The notes under the pieces: model-generated
Databases searched by the model: none
Told to the model about the DNA's origin: nothing
The model's input: only the letters and a program-made list of their open reading frames with translations
From: Lama glama
Taxonomy: Eukaryota
Length of the DNA: 64,000 nucleotides
NCBI GenBank assembly: GCA_028534125.1
Contig: CM052818.1
Location: 3,226,001-3,290,000, forward strand
Direction of reading: 5' to 3'
Made by a program: the position numbers and the translations under genes
Shown: in pieces, positions 35,871-49,878 of the stretch
Numbering within the stretch: the stretch's first letter is position 1
How the letters are laid out: the number at the start of each line of letters is the position of its first letter

Positions 35871-38800
35871 TGTGAACCTATTTCATTTGAGATAAATATA
35901 GCCATAGCTGTGTGTATATGTTTCTTAAATCATACAATTTATTGTTAACAGAAGTTATCTTTTCTGAATCAGAAAAAAAGCTGCTTAAAAAAAAGTAAGA
36001 AGTAGATTCTGACTTGAGGGTAGTGGGTGGGTTGAAACCAGTTTTTTTTTGTTTGTTTTTTAACTTTGATGGGCTAGGTAATGAATAGTGATAAAAGCAG
36101 TGATCAGGAAAGGTTTTATGGTGTGAATGGATGAAATAAATGAGTTGAAAATTGAGGTTAGGGAAACCAGTTAGGAAGCTATAGTGGCAGTCCAGGCCTG
36201 AAATACAAAATAATGAGGCCACCAGTTGGGGTAGGCAGTGGGATTATAAGGAAGAGGACCAATCTGAAGGACCTTTCATAGAAGAAACCACTGATTTGGT
36301 AGTCTGTCAGGCAAGAAGAAGATAAAGAAGAAAAATAATAAATCACTGATAATGCCAAGGTGTCTGTCCACCCTGTGAAGTTGGAAGATTACTTGTCATG
36401 AGTTATGGGGGTAACTGGAAAGGAGAACCACTCTCCTAGAAGGGGAGACAGATTTGTTTCTTGGAGTTAAATTTGAAGGGCTAGAGGGTACATCTAAATG
36501 GAAATGTTCTTTAGGCTGTGAATTCCCATTTAGAGAAAAAGTTACCTGTAAAAATAGAGGCAGTAGGTGAGAGTGGAAACTCTAGAGATTCTTGGGGGAG
36601 GGGTGGGTCATATCTCATTTCTCCCTTTCCTGTTGGCATTTGTCTCAGTTGGTACCTGAGAGTGGAGCTTGAGGAGAGGTAGGATTGGGTCTAAACATCA
36701 TAATAAAACAGCAGCCACAACATTATTTTAAAATCACTCTGCCATTTACAAAGGCCATTATATACAGTAACTTATCTTAACATAATCCCATATATTATGC
36801 ATTATTGTTTTGCTCCTTTTATAGGGCTGAAGTTCAAATAGAGAGTAGAATTAGGACTCAGACTCAGGTGTTTAGGCTTCAAATTGCATTTCTCATTTCT
36901 CCACTCTCCGTCTCTTAGAGATGAATTTTCCAAGGAGGGAAAGGCTAGAGGAAAAGTTGCAGCCTGGAGCTAGGGGTTCCCACAGGTAAGAGACGGGAGG
37001 AAGAAGAGAGCCCAGGGGAGACACCATGTCACTCACAGTCACTGCCCTGTCCCCTGTCCCTTGTAGGCCCTGACATTCCTCTAACCAGACATCATTGGAT
37101 GTTCTGTGGAATTCAAGGTTTAAAAAAAAAGCCCTAATCTGTCAATAAATAGCTTGAGGTGTTTTAAGTAAGGTTGGCCAGTTTGGTTAGAGCAGAGCTT
37201 GTGTGGTAGCATGGTGGTTTATTGAATTCTGGCTTCATTCTTTTGAGAGCAATACAATAAAAGCATTTGACTTAGACCCATGAGGGAAGGGCTTGTCTGA
37301 ATTAATTACAAGAAAAAAATTTTTTTGTGAAGTCATTAGGTTTGTTTACTTTTGGAAGCACATGGTAACTCATTTGTGTATGCACTAGCTAATAGGGATT
37401 CTAAGAGGACCCGCTTTAATGAGTAGAAAATCAAGTCTCTTAAATCACTTCGGTTTTCCAACTGACAATCTTATTTATAGGATTAAATTATTTAGCTAAC
37501 CCCTCCTGATAACATAGACACAAAAAGCAGTTATCTCCTGTCAGAAGTTCTGAATCAACAGGGTCTGCTCTAAAGAGGTTCTTAGGAAATTGCTAGACTG
37601 ATGTCCACTAAGAATCCTGCAAGACATCCCTGCAGCCCAGTACTTGGAGTGCTTGGAGCGTAGAGGGCAGTCACTGTGCTTGGAAACAGTGGGTGAATGA
37701 ATGAGTGAGCAAGCCAGGGAAGGACTGAAGGAATCTTCTCCCTGAGGCATGTTGAGCTGTGTGGCTCATGCTACAGCTTGGCTGGGTGGGTTGGGGACAA
37801 GTCTTAGACTCAGATTTTATAGTGGTGAGGGAGGAAATGGAGGGACCATGGGAAGTTTCTGCTCTGTGAGCTGGTGACCAACCCCACAGAGAAGGGACAT
37901 TTTTAAAACCAATATGCTGGTGCCACTTGAGTCCCAGTCACATGATCTCCTCTTCTAAAAAGATCAGCCTGCTGAGAAAGTCTCTGGAGCAAATGAAGAG
38001 GTCCGTGGAGGTAGGAGATTTCTCAAAGAAGACAGCTACTTTAGAAGTCTTCTGTAGGAGGCTCTCCACCACCTTACTGCTTGGATTCTACATCAGGAGC
38101 CTCTCCAGCTCATCCCTGGCTGTCACTTACCCAGCCTGGCCCTGCCCGATGGCCTTGTGCCATTGGTGATTTTTAGCCCTGCTGGAAATTACACACACTA
38201 CAAGGGTAAAGCAAACTGGGAGTTTCTGGTTCTGGCTGCAGAAGGACTGGAGCCTGTCACCTGGCCCTGCCCTGTGTTTCCTTGCATATGCTTTCCTGGG
38301 CACCTTTTTACCCTCCAAGCCTGTGTTTCTGCCTGGGCCAGGATTAAAGACTGACTTCTTCAGAGGGACTGTGGGGGCAGGAGTGTCAGTGCTTTGGAAG
38401 AAGCTTCTGACACCAATCTCCGTGTTCTGCTTTAGGAGAATTGTTGGTTTCATATAGGTGATCTAACAGCTATATTGGGGGTAGTTGGGGGACAGGGACA
38501 TGGAGATTCTTCATATCACAAAAAGATTTGCCACCGGGTTTCTTTATGCATTGAACCTGCTTTTCAAAATAAAAATTGATTTTCAGGCTTTAAGTAATGT
38601 GCAATTATTTGCATCAGAAAAGACTTGAGATTTTCTAGGCAAACTTCCTTGTTTTGGAAATGAACACACTTCAGGAGGTCCAGGAATGGCAAAGCTGTGC
38701 CTGTGCTAAGGAGCTGACAGTCAGACTATGTGAAAGGAACTGGAGGAGACACTAAGAGAAGGTCTCAGCCCCTTCTAGGGGAGCATTTCTCCAGATATTT

Positions 38801-41574
38801 TTGAGGTGGGGGGTGGGGAATGCATTCCTTCTCCTGGAATGCCCTGCTCACATCCCTTAGATTGGGTAATTCCCGCCTCACTGACTTTTACCTCCGTCCT
38901 TTTAGACTGAACACCAAATGGCATGGTAATACCTTAGTATTTGAGACTTTTCAAGGTACGTTTAAATAAGTGAAAACCTAAATTACGGGATGTGAATCAC
39001 TGAATGCAACTTTGGTAAATTTAGTAAAAAAAAAAAAGTTGTGTAAAAAAAATTCTAATATTTAGAAAGTTAGCAAAACTCCACAGTGAGTTTCTTCAGG
39101 GACCTGATTTAATTGGTTGAGTAGATTGATTTATTATTAGAATTATCCAGTCTATAATAGGTACTTGTAAAATCCATTCATTTCATTTATCAATTATTTA
39201 TTAACTGCAGAGAGTTTGATGATAATTTGAGACACAGTGAGAAGAAATGACAGGTATAGACATGCTATGGGAATGCAAATAGAAGAGACTGTTTCTAGCT
39301 TTTGGACCTAGAGGATCAGGGAAGTTTTGTGAGAACAAATTTCTTTATCTTAAAGAACCCTTTAAACAGTCTTGCTTATACTCTAGTCAGAGATAGTGTT
39401 GATACAAAGGAAAATCTATTCTCGTTCATATGATAAAATTCGGAATCAATAGCAACACAATGTATTTCCTTTCCCTATACCTCGTTGCTAATCTCCAAAA
39501 CAGTTTTCCAAAGAGCAGCCTTTGGTAAATAAGAGCAGTCCGCTTTCTTTTATTAGATAGTACCTCTGCAGCTAGCAAATGGAGGCAAGGGTGAGGACCC
39601 AGTTTGGGAGGCCACTCTTCCAAGAAGCTTGTCTGTGAGCAGAGGAGAGTTAGTGAAGGGTAGTAGAGGGGGGCACAGGATCTAGGGAGGATTATTTTTT
39701 GAGATGCAGGCATGTCCCCATGCTGTAGGGAAAGAGCTAGTGGAGAGGGAGAAGTTGAAGATAGAAAAGAGAAATGAAAATTGTTGAGCAAGGCTCTTGG
39801 GGAGAAAGGCCTACTGTATCCTGAGTACCCGTAGAGAAATTAGGCTTGAACTGAACAAAGGACAAGACTTTTGCTGATTTTTAACTCCATTACCACCACT
39901 ATCACCATTTGTTACTTTACTACCCTTTGTTAGCACTGTGCTGAGCACTATTAAGTCTCATTTAATGGCGGTGAGGGAAGTGATGGGGCAGAAGGATTTG
40001 GTAAGGTTTAGGGGAGGCAGTTTCTTTCTTTTGGGCTTTGTTTTCTCTGGGTAGAAGAAATTGAGGGCATCTGCTGGGAGCAGGTGAGATAGTGGGGACA
40101 GTGGCATGGTTTTTAAAAGCTGTTATGCCAGTGGCAGTGATCTGGAGACATGTAGGAGGATAGCTGAGCAGTGCTAAGGACCCAGCTAATACTGGAAACA
40201 ATGGCTTTCTAGAGGAACAGCCTTCATGACTGATGATTGCTTTAGCAGTGCTCAGCAACTTGGGGATTAAAGTGGAGGACATTCGTATTCAAATAGGAAC
40301 TGTGTTTTGTGGGGCAAATGGAAGACTTGGAATAAGGGCAGTCTAGGATATTGGTAGCAGAGTGGTTGTCTAGTTGACTAGAGAAAGAAGTGAATCTAGA
40401 AGAAGACTGATAGGAAGCAAAATGTTGGGGGGTGGTATCAAGAGGCTAGAAATCCTTAAGGAAGTTGAAGAACAGAAACTGTAGAAGTAAAGACAAGGAG
40501 AAGTGGAAATATAGGAGGCCATGAGCAGGCAAAAAGTCTGCCTTGGAGTGGGAAGGCAGACTCCTATCAAGGGGCCAAAGTCCTTGATGACCGAGACGTC
40601 AGTAGCTTGCAGCAGCGAGGAGGAGCATAGTTGTTTGGTACAGGCCTCGGCAAAAGAAAGATTTTTTTGTAAGGTTATAGGAATAGTGGTCTTAAAGCAG
40701 CATTGAGATAGACCATCTATTTTTCCTTTTGGTACCACTGGGTACTGAAGGATGATTTTTTGGCAGAACCTTCATTGTCCAGAAATCAAGTTCCTTAAGG
40801 AGTGTCATGTTTCAACTAGGGGGAAGGAGGCCAGAACCATCTTTCAGGCTTGCCTTCTGCGCATCTGGCCTAAATACTGTGGAATTTTAGTAGTGGGGCG
40901 GTGGGTAGTTCTGGCCAAGTGGGATGCCTCCAAAAGGGACTGGGTCTGTAGGCAGAGTTTGCAGTAACAGGGACCAAGTACTCTTGCAGGCAAAATCCTA
41001 TTTAGCCACTAGGGTGTTTTGAACTGTTCAGGATCACACTGGACCAGTGCTAATCTTCTGTGAGAGGCTGAAGGGAGACTTTACAGGTTTCTTACTTAAA
41101 ACTCTAGGAGCCATTAGACTCTCGAACCTTTCTATTCCTGTGGGATCTGGAATGTATTTTTCCCTCTACAGTGACAGCAAATAATGCCCTGAAACCCACA
41201 TAGTTTAAAAGAGTCTGGAAAAACTCAGATTATTGTTTTCGAAGATGTTAGGATTTTCATTGGCTCAGGATTCCTTTGACATTGGTAGTGCATGATTCCA
41301 AACATTTAAGAAGCCTCCAAATAGATGAAAACAAGCAGGCAAATAAAATTTTCACCATTCTTTTTGCTCCTTCTTAACTTGATAAATTTACACCACCACC
41401 TTGGCTGTAAAACCAGATGTGAACAGCTCAGAAAGTGATTGCCTCATCAGATGTTTCACCATAGGAACCTACCGAGCACAGCTCCATGGCCCCTGGCAGA
41501 AGAGGCTGTGTGGCTCAGAGCTTGGAGTGTGTTCCTTCCATGGCAATACTTTCTACGCTGTTTGTAATTGGTTT

Positions 41575-41990
41575 TGCCACATAAAAATGAGAAACTTCTG
41601 TATGGCAAAGTCATCATAAACAAAGTTAAAGGACTTCCAGCAGGCTGGGAGAAAAGTTTTGTGATGTATGTGATAGACAATGGAGTAAGATCTATAATCT
41701 ATAAAGAGTTGCTAGAAATCAATGAGGGAAAGACAACAGACTCTACAGGAAATGGGCAAGAATACAAATAGGCAAGTCACAGCAGGATAAACTGGAATTT
41801 CGTCTAAAAAAATGCTGATCCTTGAGCACCGAATTCTCTGGACAAGAATGTTCTTTACGTTGGTAAATATCCACGAGTAGGGGGACTGTGAAGTGCTGTG
41901 TGGCCACGAAAACATTGAAGTAGATTCTGTATCAGTGACAAAAGCAAGTACAGAGCGATATGAATAGAATGTTCATGTTTTAAAAGATAC
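41575..41990 (+). mobile_element. old L1 fragment
   Basis: AAACTTCTGTATGGCAAAG..CATAAACAAAGTTAAA...ATAAAGAGTTGCTAGAAATCAATGAG...AAATGGGCAAG. Confidence 0.65.
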
Positions 41991-44021
41991 TCTTATTTAC
42001 TTGGTTTGGAATATATTCATCCATTTTAACCTTTAAGTTAAAAACAATTAATTCTTCTAATTATGACATAAATGAAGTGTCAGCTTTTTTCTTCCCCTTA
42101 TGTAAGATAAAAGATTTATTCCCTATCCTCACCTCTTCCTCTCTCATTTGTTTAAACTGATACTATAAATCTTAGCTTCTGTAAAGAATTCAGGGACCTC
42201 TCACTTCCCCTCCCTTCCCAGGAACTAAAAGGATTCCTCCGGGAGGCTGCTGGGCCATGGTGCCTGCAGTTGCAGTTTTTGGTGTGATGAACAAAGGAGT
42301 TCAAAGCTCAGAATTTTTCTTGCCTAGGACTTGCTCCTTTTTGGTACTCACAGCCTTGCAGAGCCTCTCTGCCTCCCGCCTCTGATGCAGTGAAAGGGAC
42401 TGGGGCCTCCTGAGCCCTGGGAGTGCCTTGCTTGCTCCCTCCCCTTAGAAAGGGAAGGGAATTAACTATGTGGCCTAGCAGGGCAAGGCTTATTAGAGCT
42501 GCCCTAGGTCTTGGGAGGAAACCAGTTCCTTGCATTTGTCCTTGCCTCTCCTTTGGAGAAGCCTCTCAGCTGGTTTTAACCTTGGTCTCAGGCACCCACC
42601 AACCTAGATGAAAGGAATCCTGGAAACTGGCACCTTAGTTTTGCCTGTCTCCCTAGGGTTTGACGCTCTAGTACTCCAGCCTGGAAACAATAGAAATTCT
42701 GTCACAGGGTGGTCCAAGGACATAAACCCCTTTGTCTTTCAAAGGTGGGTAATGCCTTTGGAACAGAAGCACTGCTTTCCCCAATCACATTATCAGTGTC
42801 ATACACCCCAATATAGGTATATGGGAATTGTTTTAGACTTGTAAAACAGTCTTTTCTCTGAGCTGAGGAGTTCACGCATTTAAAACCAAAACTGACTGCA
42901 GCCAGTTCTATTCTATAAAGGGTGGCACAATTCATAATCTTAGGGGGGAAAATCATTCCATTACAGAATGGTAGTGGTGAGAGTGAAGGTTCAAAACTTC
43001 TTTTTGTTCCTTAATGCTGGTCGGAGGGGAACCTGGAGTGGATGGTTCATAGTGGAACTGACTCCAGCTGAGGGTCTTTGAACATCAGAGTTAGGGGGAT
43101 GAAGAGCTGAGTTGCTCTGAATAATATGAGGGGAATTTAGTTTCCTGAGGGAAGGGGGACTCCTCCCAATTGAGAGAGGGTGAAGGAGCCAAGCAACATG
43201 GTAATATAAAACCCTTCTGTCTTTTCATAACTTTAGGAAAGGCTAATGAACACAAAATGACTTGATTGTTTATATACGTGTATATTTTTATTTTTGGTAA
43301 AGCATAGAAAAAACATGCCCCGAGTCCCACTTCTGGGACATGTCAGAGCAGAGGGAAGAGACCAGCTTCAGGAGGTGAGATATGAGTGAGATCAAAAGTC
43401 CAGCAGGAGCCAGAGCCAGAAGGGATTGTTAAAAGCATTAGCCTCTGGGAGTTTGCGGAAATTGTGGGAAGGTCATTGGATAGGGGGACCCAGGCAGCTT
43501 TTATAACATGCCCAAGAACAAGGTGGTTGCAGCTGACATCTGATTGCTGTAGTGCTGTGTAACTCATAGAATGTTTAAAAGTGATCCACGGATTCCACAC
43601 CGCCCCAGATCTTTCTTATGGAGGTCTATTTGTTGGGTGCTCCAGGAACCTTCTAGATACTCCCCTTTCTGCCTTATGGAAGCCATTTCCAGTGCAGAGT
43701 CCAAAAGGGAAGCAAAACTTCCCAACAAAGGGCTTGTCATTCCCTTCCTTTCCTATAATTTATAGAGCCCTGGGGACACTAATCAGAGCCAGAGAGCTGT
43801 GACCTCCCCAGCTACGCAAGCACTGAGTAGGGAGTGAATGGAGGCAGGACAAGTCTTCCACAGAGTAATGGGACCTGAAGACTGCTCTGAGCAAGTACCT
43901 AAACAGATACTGACTCCAGTGGGTGCCCGAAAGTAAGACGCCAAGGGCAGACCCAGCCAGAGCCACACTGAATAAGCTCCCCCTTGTTCCTCAGGGAGGG
44001 AGGCCCAGGGGATGGAAGAGC

Positions 44022-44616
44022 CTGTAGTTTAGTCTCAACATCCACTGTAATTCCAAACTTTGAGGACAGTAGAGAAGAGTGGGCTTTGACTGCTCAATGT
44101 CATTGTCCCTTCTGAGGTAAGAGCACCTTGATTTTTTTTGTGGGGGGAGAACCACCTCCTTCCTATTCTCAGATCAGGTTCTGGTGGAATAAAGTCTATC
44201 CTTTGATTCTGGATGGAGGACACAAGACTGTGCCGGTCAGAGAACAGCAGTTAGCATGGGCATGGTCTCAAATCCAGGCCAGTCAGGCCTCTGGACGTTC
44301 ACTGGGACTGTTAAGAAATGAGTTCTCATCTTTTCCAACTGGGCTGCCAAACCTGTAGAATATACATAACCCTGAGGCCGCTGGAGGCCGCCTTGCTACC
44401 CAGGGGGCGTTCTGAAGCCAACACAGATGAAAGCTAAGCTTCGAGATAGAGGTGGAGACCAGATGGCGTCTTTTGGGCACCAGGATCTAACCCTGCCTTA
44501 AGCTAGTCTAACTCTGGATGTTTCATTTACATGGGTCTAGGCTTTCCTTTTTTTTTTTTCCTTTTCAAAGTTTGATTTGGATTTTCGTCACCTGCAGCCA
44601 GTTGAGTCTTAATACA
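44022..44616 (+). mobile_element. old MLT1 (J/K-like) LTR
   Basis: TGAAGCCAACACAGATGAAAGC...CTCTGGATGTTTCATTTACATG...TTTTCGTCACCTGCAGCC...CTTAATACA. Confidence 0.6.
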
Positions 44617-47600
44617 TGTCATAAATTTTATATATAGTTCTTACTGTAAAGTGTGGCTTGGCTTTTCTTAACAGACCCTTTTGTCTTAAAGTGCTGAATT
44701 GTAAGTTTGCTCTATGAATCAAATGAGACCATACATACAAAGAACCTAGCATTATCCTTTGTACGTAGGAAAAAAACCAGTAAATATTAACTATAGGAAG
44801 GAAGGAAGGAGGGAGGGGAGGGAATGGGAAGGAAGATGAGATGCTGAATTAAAGAGAACCCTAAAGTGTCTCCTAGGAACCCTCAGACCCTGTGCGGTCT
44901 TCCTATTCTAAATGCCCCTAGCGCCCTATGCTTTCCTCTCAGAACCCTTCATCATGGTTTGTAATGATATGTTTATGTAATGTTTTGATTAATGTCTGTC
45001 TCCCTCACTGACCTGGCAGTTCCACGAGGGCAGTGGTTTTGCTCACTGTTATATCCCCAGCAGCTAGTCCAGTGTGTGGCATTCAGCAAACATTTATTGA
45101 ATAGATTGTCACATATAGTTTCCCAAATTGGACTGACCCTCCTTGATTATTAGGGTTAGAATTGTGGCAGAATTGGCAAAATTAGGGAAAGCTGTCCCTG
45201 TTCCTTTTATATCTCCTGCATTACCCACACCCCCAGCACACATACAGAGACTTTTGTCTTAATGAGTTCTTATATTGTTATTGGATCATTTTATTGAGGA
45301 ATTAAATAGTTCTTGCAGAAGAGTGGGTCAGGTCTGTGTGATTAACAAGCAGTCTTTGTTGTTCCTTTGTCTTTATAAAATCATCTGTTTAACTGGGATA
45401 GTTCACCCTCACTCAGGCTCACCCAGAAATGTGTGGGAGTCTACAGGAGGGTCGGGGAAGTTGATGAGAGAGAGGTCCTGGATGCTGCAGACTTACTCTC
45501 TAGCAAGAAACAAATGCAGTAAAATGTGACCCCTGGGAGGGAGGGTAACCTGAAGCTCACTCCTTCCTCCATGCCCGACTCTGAGCTGGGCCCAGCGGGA
45601 GCTCCAGTGCACCATCCCACCCCCTGCCTCGCCGCACAAAGCGCCCTCCTCCCAGCTGAGGCTGCGGCTCATCCCTTCCCCCAGCCTGCTTTCCCTGAGG
45701 TGGGGAGTGCTTCCCAGGGCCCATGTGACTTCCACTGGCAAGTGACGATTGCAGACGGTTTACCAGTCAGTAAAACTGCCAAAGGCTTTTGTGCTATAAT
45801 AATCCTTTTCCTGTTTAAAACTCTGGGGATTTTCTACTGTTGCCAGTAGTTTTTCAAGTCAGCAATTACGGTGTGGATTATGTAATGGCTAGGTATTAAA
45901 AATAGAAAAGACCAGAGTTTGCATCTATTTTAACCAAATCAAAACAGTGCAAAGGGAGGGGAAAGGAGGAGAGGGAGAGACCAGAGGAGGGAAAAAGAGA
46001 TTACGTGACTAGAAGCAGTGAGATCACATCATGTGACTGGACAGTCCCGCCCACAATTTACTCTGCCCTGTTAACTGCCATTCTTGGCCCTGTACTCCCA
46101 TCCAAGGCCTCCTCCAGGAAGGGGCCCCAGCAGAGAATTCCGAGGACTCAAGACCCTCTTGTATATTCCTCAGCTCAGCCTTGGGGGTGTTTGCCTTCCT
46201 CTGACAAGCGAAGTTGACTAAGAGGGGAGGGAGTTGAATTTGATGTCCATCCCACAAACCTCCAAGTCCAGGACTCCTGTGTCTTGATTTCCAAGGTCTT
46301 AGTGCTCATCTTGTTTCTCTTGTTGCAGTATTAGCATCAAGGGGTGGTTTATGGGGAGTCTTTAGCATCTCAGATCTCTATCAGTCCCTTGCAAAAGCCC
46401 CCCAGTATATCTTCAATGTAATTAAAAACCCTGTATTCACTATGAAAGATGCCTTTAGATGCTCCCAACCCTCCCACTTCCCCACCCCTACTCCTCTTCC
46501 TGCTGGATTGCCACCTCTGAATCCTTCATCTAGGAATTCCGGCTACCATGGGTTTGTTGTGTGACTTCTCACTAATCCCCCATCCCCACCTTGAATCAAG
46601 GAATCTTTCTGTTTTCCTGGAGACCTATTGAGTTACTTTAAGGACTCTCTAATGGTGGAACTTTAGATGCCAGGTAGGTCTGGAAGCGGAGGGTGTATTT
46701 TTGGAAGGAGGACTTCTAAGGGCCTGACAGACCACATCAAAATACATCAGGCTTTCTACTGCGTCACCACCTATCTGGAGGAACCCACAGAGGGAGCTGT
46801 TTTGAGTTAAGCACTTTCAATCTTTGAGCCTGCATAGAGTCCATGCTGAAAGTACCCTACTTCATAGGTGTCAGGTGGCAGGGAATGATGGATACTTTGA
46901 AGAAGCAGCTCATTGTTTGCAAAGATTGACCCCCAAATAGATTTAGTATAGTTAGAGCGACCTGAAAGTAGCTCCAATGGAGTTACCTGCAGGGAATGTT
47001 AGAAAGTTACCTCCTCGTTACTTCCGTCCACACTCTTGCACCTACCCCATCACACTTCACTCTCACAGCCTTCGTTTGTACTGGGGGTGGTAAAGAGTGC
47101 CAGCAGCTCAGAATAATACTAGTTCCAGCTCCAACCATCCTCACCCAGCACTGCCCAGACTAGTGGAAGCACAGTGAGAGGAAGAGAGCTCTCATCTGGG
47201 AGGCTGAGGCGTCATTTCACTAGATAGGAGGGAGGATCTGGGGACCTTCCTTAGGACCTTTCAAATCATAATACCAACCTGGACTGGGAAGTGCCCATGG
47301 GGTGTTACCTCTCTTGCAGGTTTTTAGTTCTCTGCTGCTGGATTCCTATCCACATTCTCACCAGAGGCTGACTTTGGTAAGGACTGCCTAACATTTGATA
47401 CGGTCCAGATTTTAATTCTTCCAATCCACTATGTCCATTAATGCACTTGAACATGCCTGGTCTAGTTCCTGGCCTCAAGTGTAGGCAGTGTCATTGTAGC
47501 ATGAGTTGTCTGTTATCTGGACAGGCTGACCACTCCACAGCATGTAATCATTAGGTGTTGGAGGTCATAGTGAGTATCTGCTCTCTACATTCCATCCCAT

Positions 47601-48396
47601 TCCTGAGGCTTTGAGCAAGGTAAGGAGTCCACTGAAGTGCCTGCCTTAGGGGCTGCCAGGGGCTAGAGTCAGTCCAGGACTAAATCATTAGCAAGATCCG
47701 CAAAGGAACCCTTTCTACCTAAACTCAGCTCTGCTGTGGCCTCCTTCCCGCTCCCACTCCCACTCCCATGGATAAGACCGTAAGGAGACATCATAACTTG
47801 ACCACAGCAATGTTGGGTATACTGGTCATCTTAATCCTTTTCCTGAAAGAAATCACCCTTTATATCATTAAAATATTTAAGGGGTTTCCACCCCCCACCA
47901 TACACACCTGTGCTTAGGTGGTGCTTCTAGTGTCTGTTGCTTGAGATAATACTGATGGTCACAAGCTGGTATGCACAGGGTAACATATTTGAATGGATTT
48001 TATTTTTATTCATACAACTGCATGGACAAATTTGAGACACAGTAGTGTTTATGTATGTGGGACAGTCATTTCGGCCACAGACAGTGCAGGGTGTAAATGG
48101 GGAGATCTCTTGCATTAACTTCACTGCCAGGGGTCAGAGCTAGACAACTATCTCCCTTTACCACACACACCACCACACCCCTTGGACCCCTTCTCTGTCT
48201 CGTTCTGACATTAGATTCAGAAATGAGTTTGGGGAATGAGTCAGGACAGGCTGCTGAGGGTTAGGCTTCAGCACTCTGTCTACTTGCGGCAACTCCTCTG
48301 ACCAAAAGTCCCAGGTGGTAGGAGTGGGGAGAGGTGGTGCGACCTGATATGACTCCAGACACACCTAGAGCTACTCTTGTCACCTACCAGAAGATT

Positions 48397-48500
48397 GGGG
48401 AGAGGAGGCAGGGAGCAAGAAGAAGAGGGAAGGAGAGAGGGAGAAGAAATGAGGAAGGGGAGGGAAGGAGGACAGGGAAAGGGCTGAGGGGATTAGAGGC
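48397..48500 (+). repeat. GA-rich polypurine low-complexity tract
   Basis: About 100 nt that are almost exclusively A/G. Confidence 0.8.
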
Positions 48501-49878
48501 TGAGCCTTGGGGCTGGGCAGAGCCAGACTAACAGGGACATCTGTGCCCACCTGGGGCTGACAGGCCAGGCAGAATCTCACGTTCAAGGTGCTGAATCTTG
48601 GGGAAGTAAGCAGAGGGCGTCTCGGCAGCCTGGTTCAGCCTGGGGGTAAATCTGACTCTGGGCTGACCTGGGTTGCTAAACAAGGGGCAGTGCCAGCCTG
48701 TCTTGTGCTCTCAGCACCCTCTTTCCCTCCAAACAGACAGACAGGCCTAGGCTCCAAAGACTCATCTGTTTTGTCACAAAAGGCAAATGAGTAACAAGTC
48801 ACTAGCACTTATGTCCTGGGGTTGCATTTTAAAAGGACACCTTCAGACTATTACTTTTACTACTACTATAAATATTGCTAAAACTTAACTTCTTTAGTTA
48901 ATTTTGGTAATTTTAAATTTTTTCTCAAAAATTTTTCTAGAAAGTCAAAGTGTAAAACCTATTAGCATAAAATTTTCATAGTCTTCTCTTGTTTTCATAT
49001 CTCTACTATATTTAATCTTCCCTTTTTCTTTCCCAGTATTGCTTATTTAATGCTTCATGCCCGTTTTTTATGATTAGTTTTGGTGGAGGTCTGTTTTCTA
49101 AGAAGCAGCTTTTGTATTATCTCTATTGCTTTTTGTCTTCTGTTTCATTGTTCAACTTTTTAATTGGTTTTAACTAGTTTTGTAATTGAAAAGTAATACA
49201 GTCACTTTCTCTTGCAAAAAGACAAGTTACCCAAAACAATGGACAGAGGATTAAAAAAAGAATTTTATGTAGTTTATAAACATAAGACCTTACTTGCAAG
49301 TAAGATAATGCTCTAATCGTGGACCTCTAGGCTTAAATGGGGAAGAGAGACATCTTAGAGTGAGTGCGCTGTGGAGGGAACCCTGGATTGCAACCGTGAG
49401 GCTCAGGTCACAACCTGTGTTTTACTTACTGGTACAAGGCACAAATGTCTGTTTCCTCCCCTGTAAATTGTGACTAATAAAAAATGGCCCCACCTGCCTT
49501 ACTTCATTGGCTGTGTCAAATCAGATACTGAATGTAAAGGAGATAAAAACATCAGAACCCCCACTCAGCCCTCTGCCCCTAGTCTTTCTTCTCCTGCAGG
49601 TGGCAGTAGGGAGGGGTTGTGGATGAACCCAGCCTGACCTCTCCAGGCTGCATACCAGGCCCTGGCCCTTAAAGGAACATTATTTTGAAGAGAAGGAAAG
49701 GATCTTATTCTCTTTAGCTCACTGTGCCTGCTGTCTTATCTCTTTTTCAGCTGAGTTTTATTTTTGATTTTATGTTTAGATTTTATAATTCGTATTCTGT
49801 GGAGAAGTGAGTGGGAGGGGTAGGTATGCTGGAAACAAGCCCTAAGAACTGAGAGTCAGGAATGGGTGGTCTGAATAA

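Noticed and set aside
38598..38614. Octamer ATTTGCAT within a near-palindrome
   Set aside because: A single 8-mer is expected by chance at this scale, and there is no supporting snRNA-type promoter.
46004..46018. 15-nt match CGTGACTAGAAGCAG to 61796-61810
   Set aside because: A few 15-mer coincidences are expected in 64 kb, and homology barely extends.
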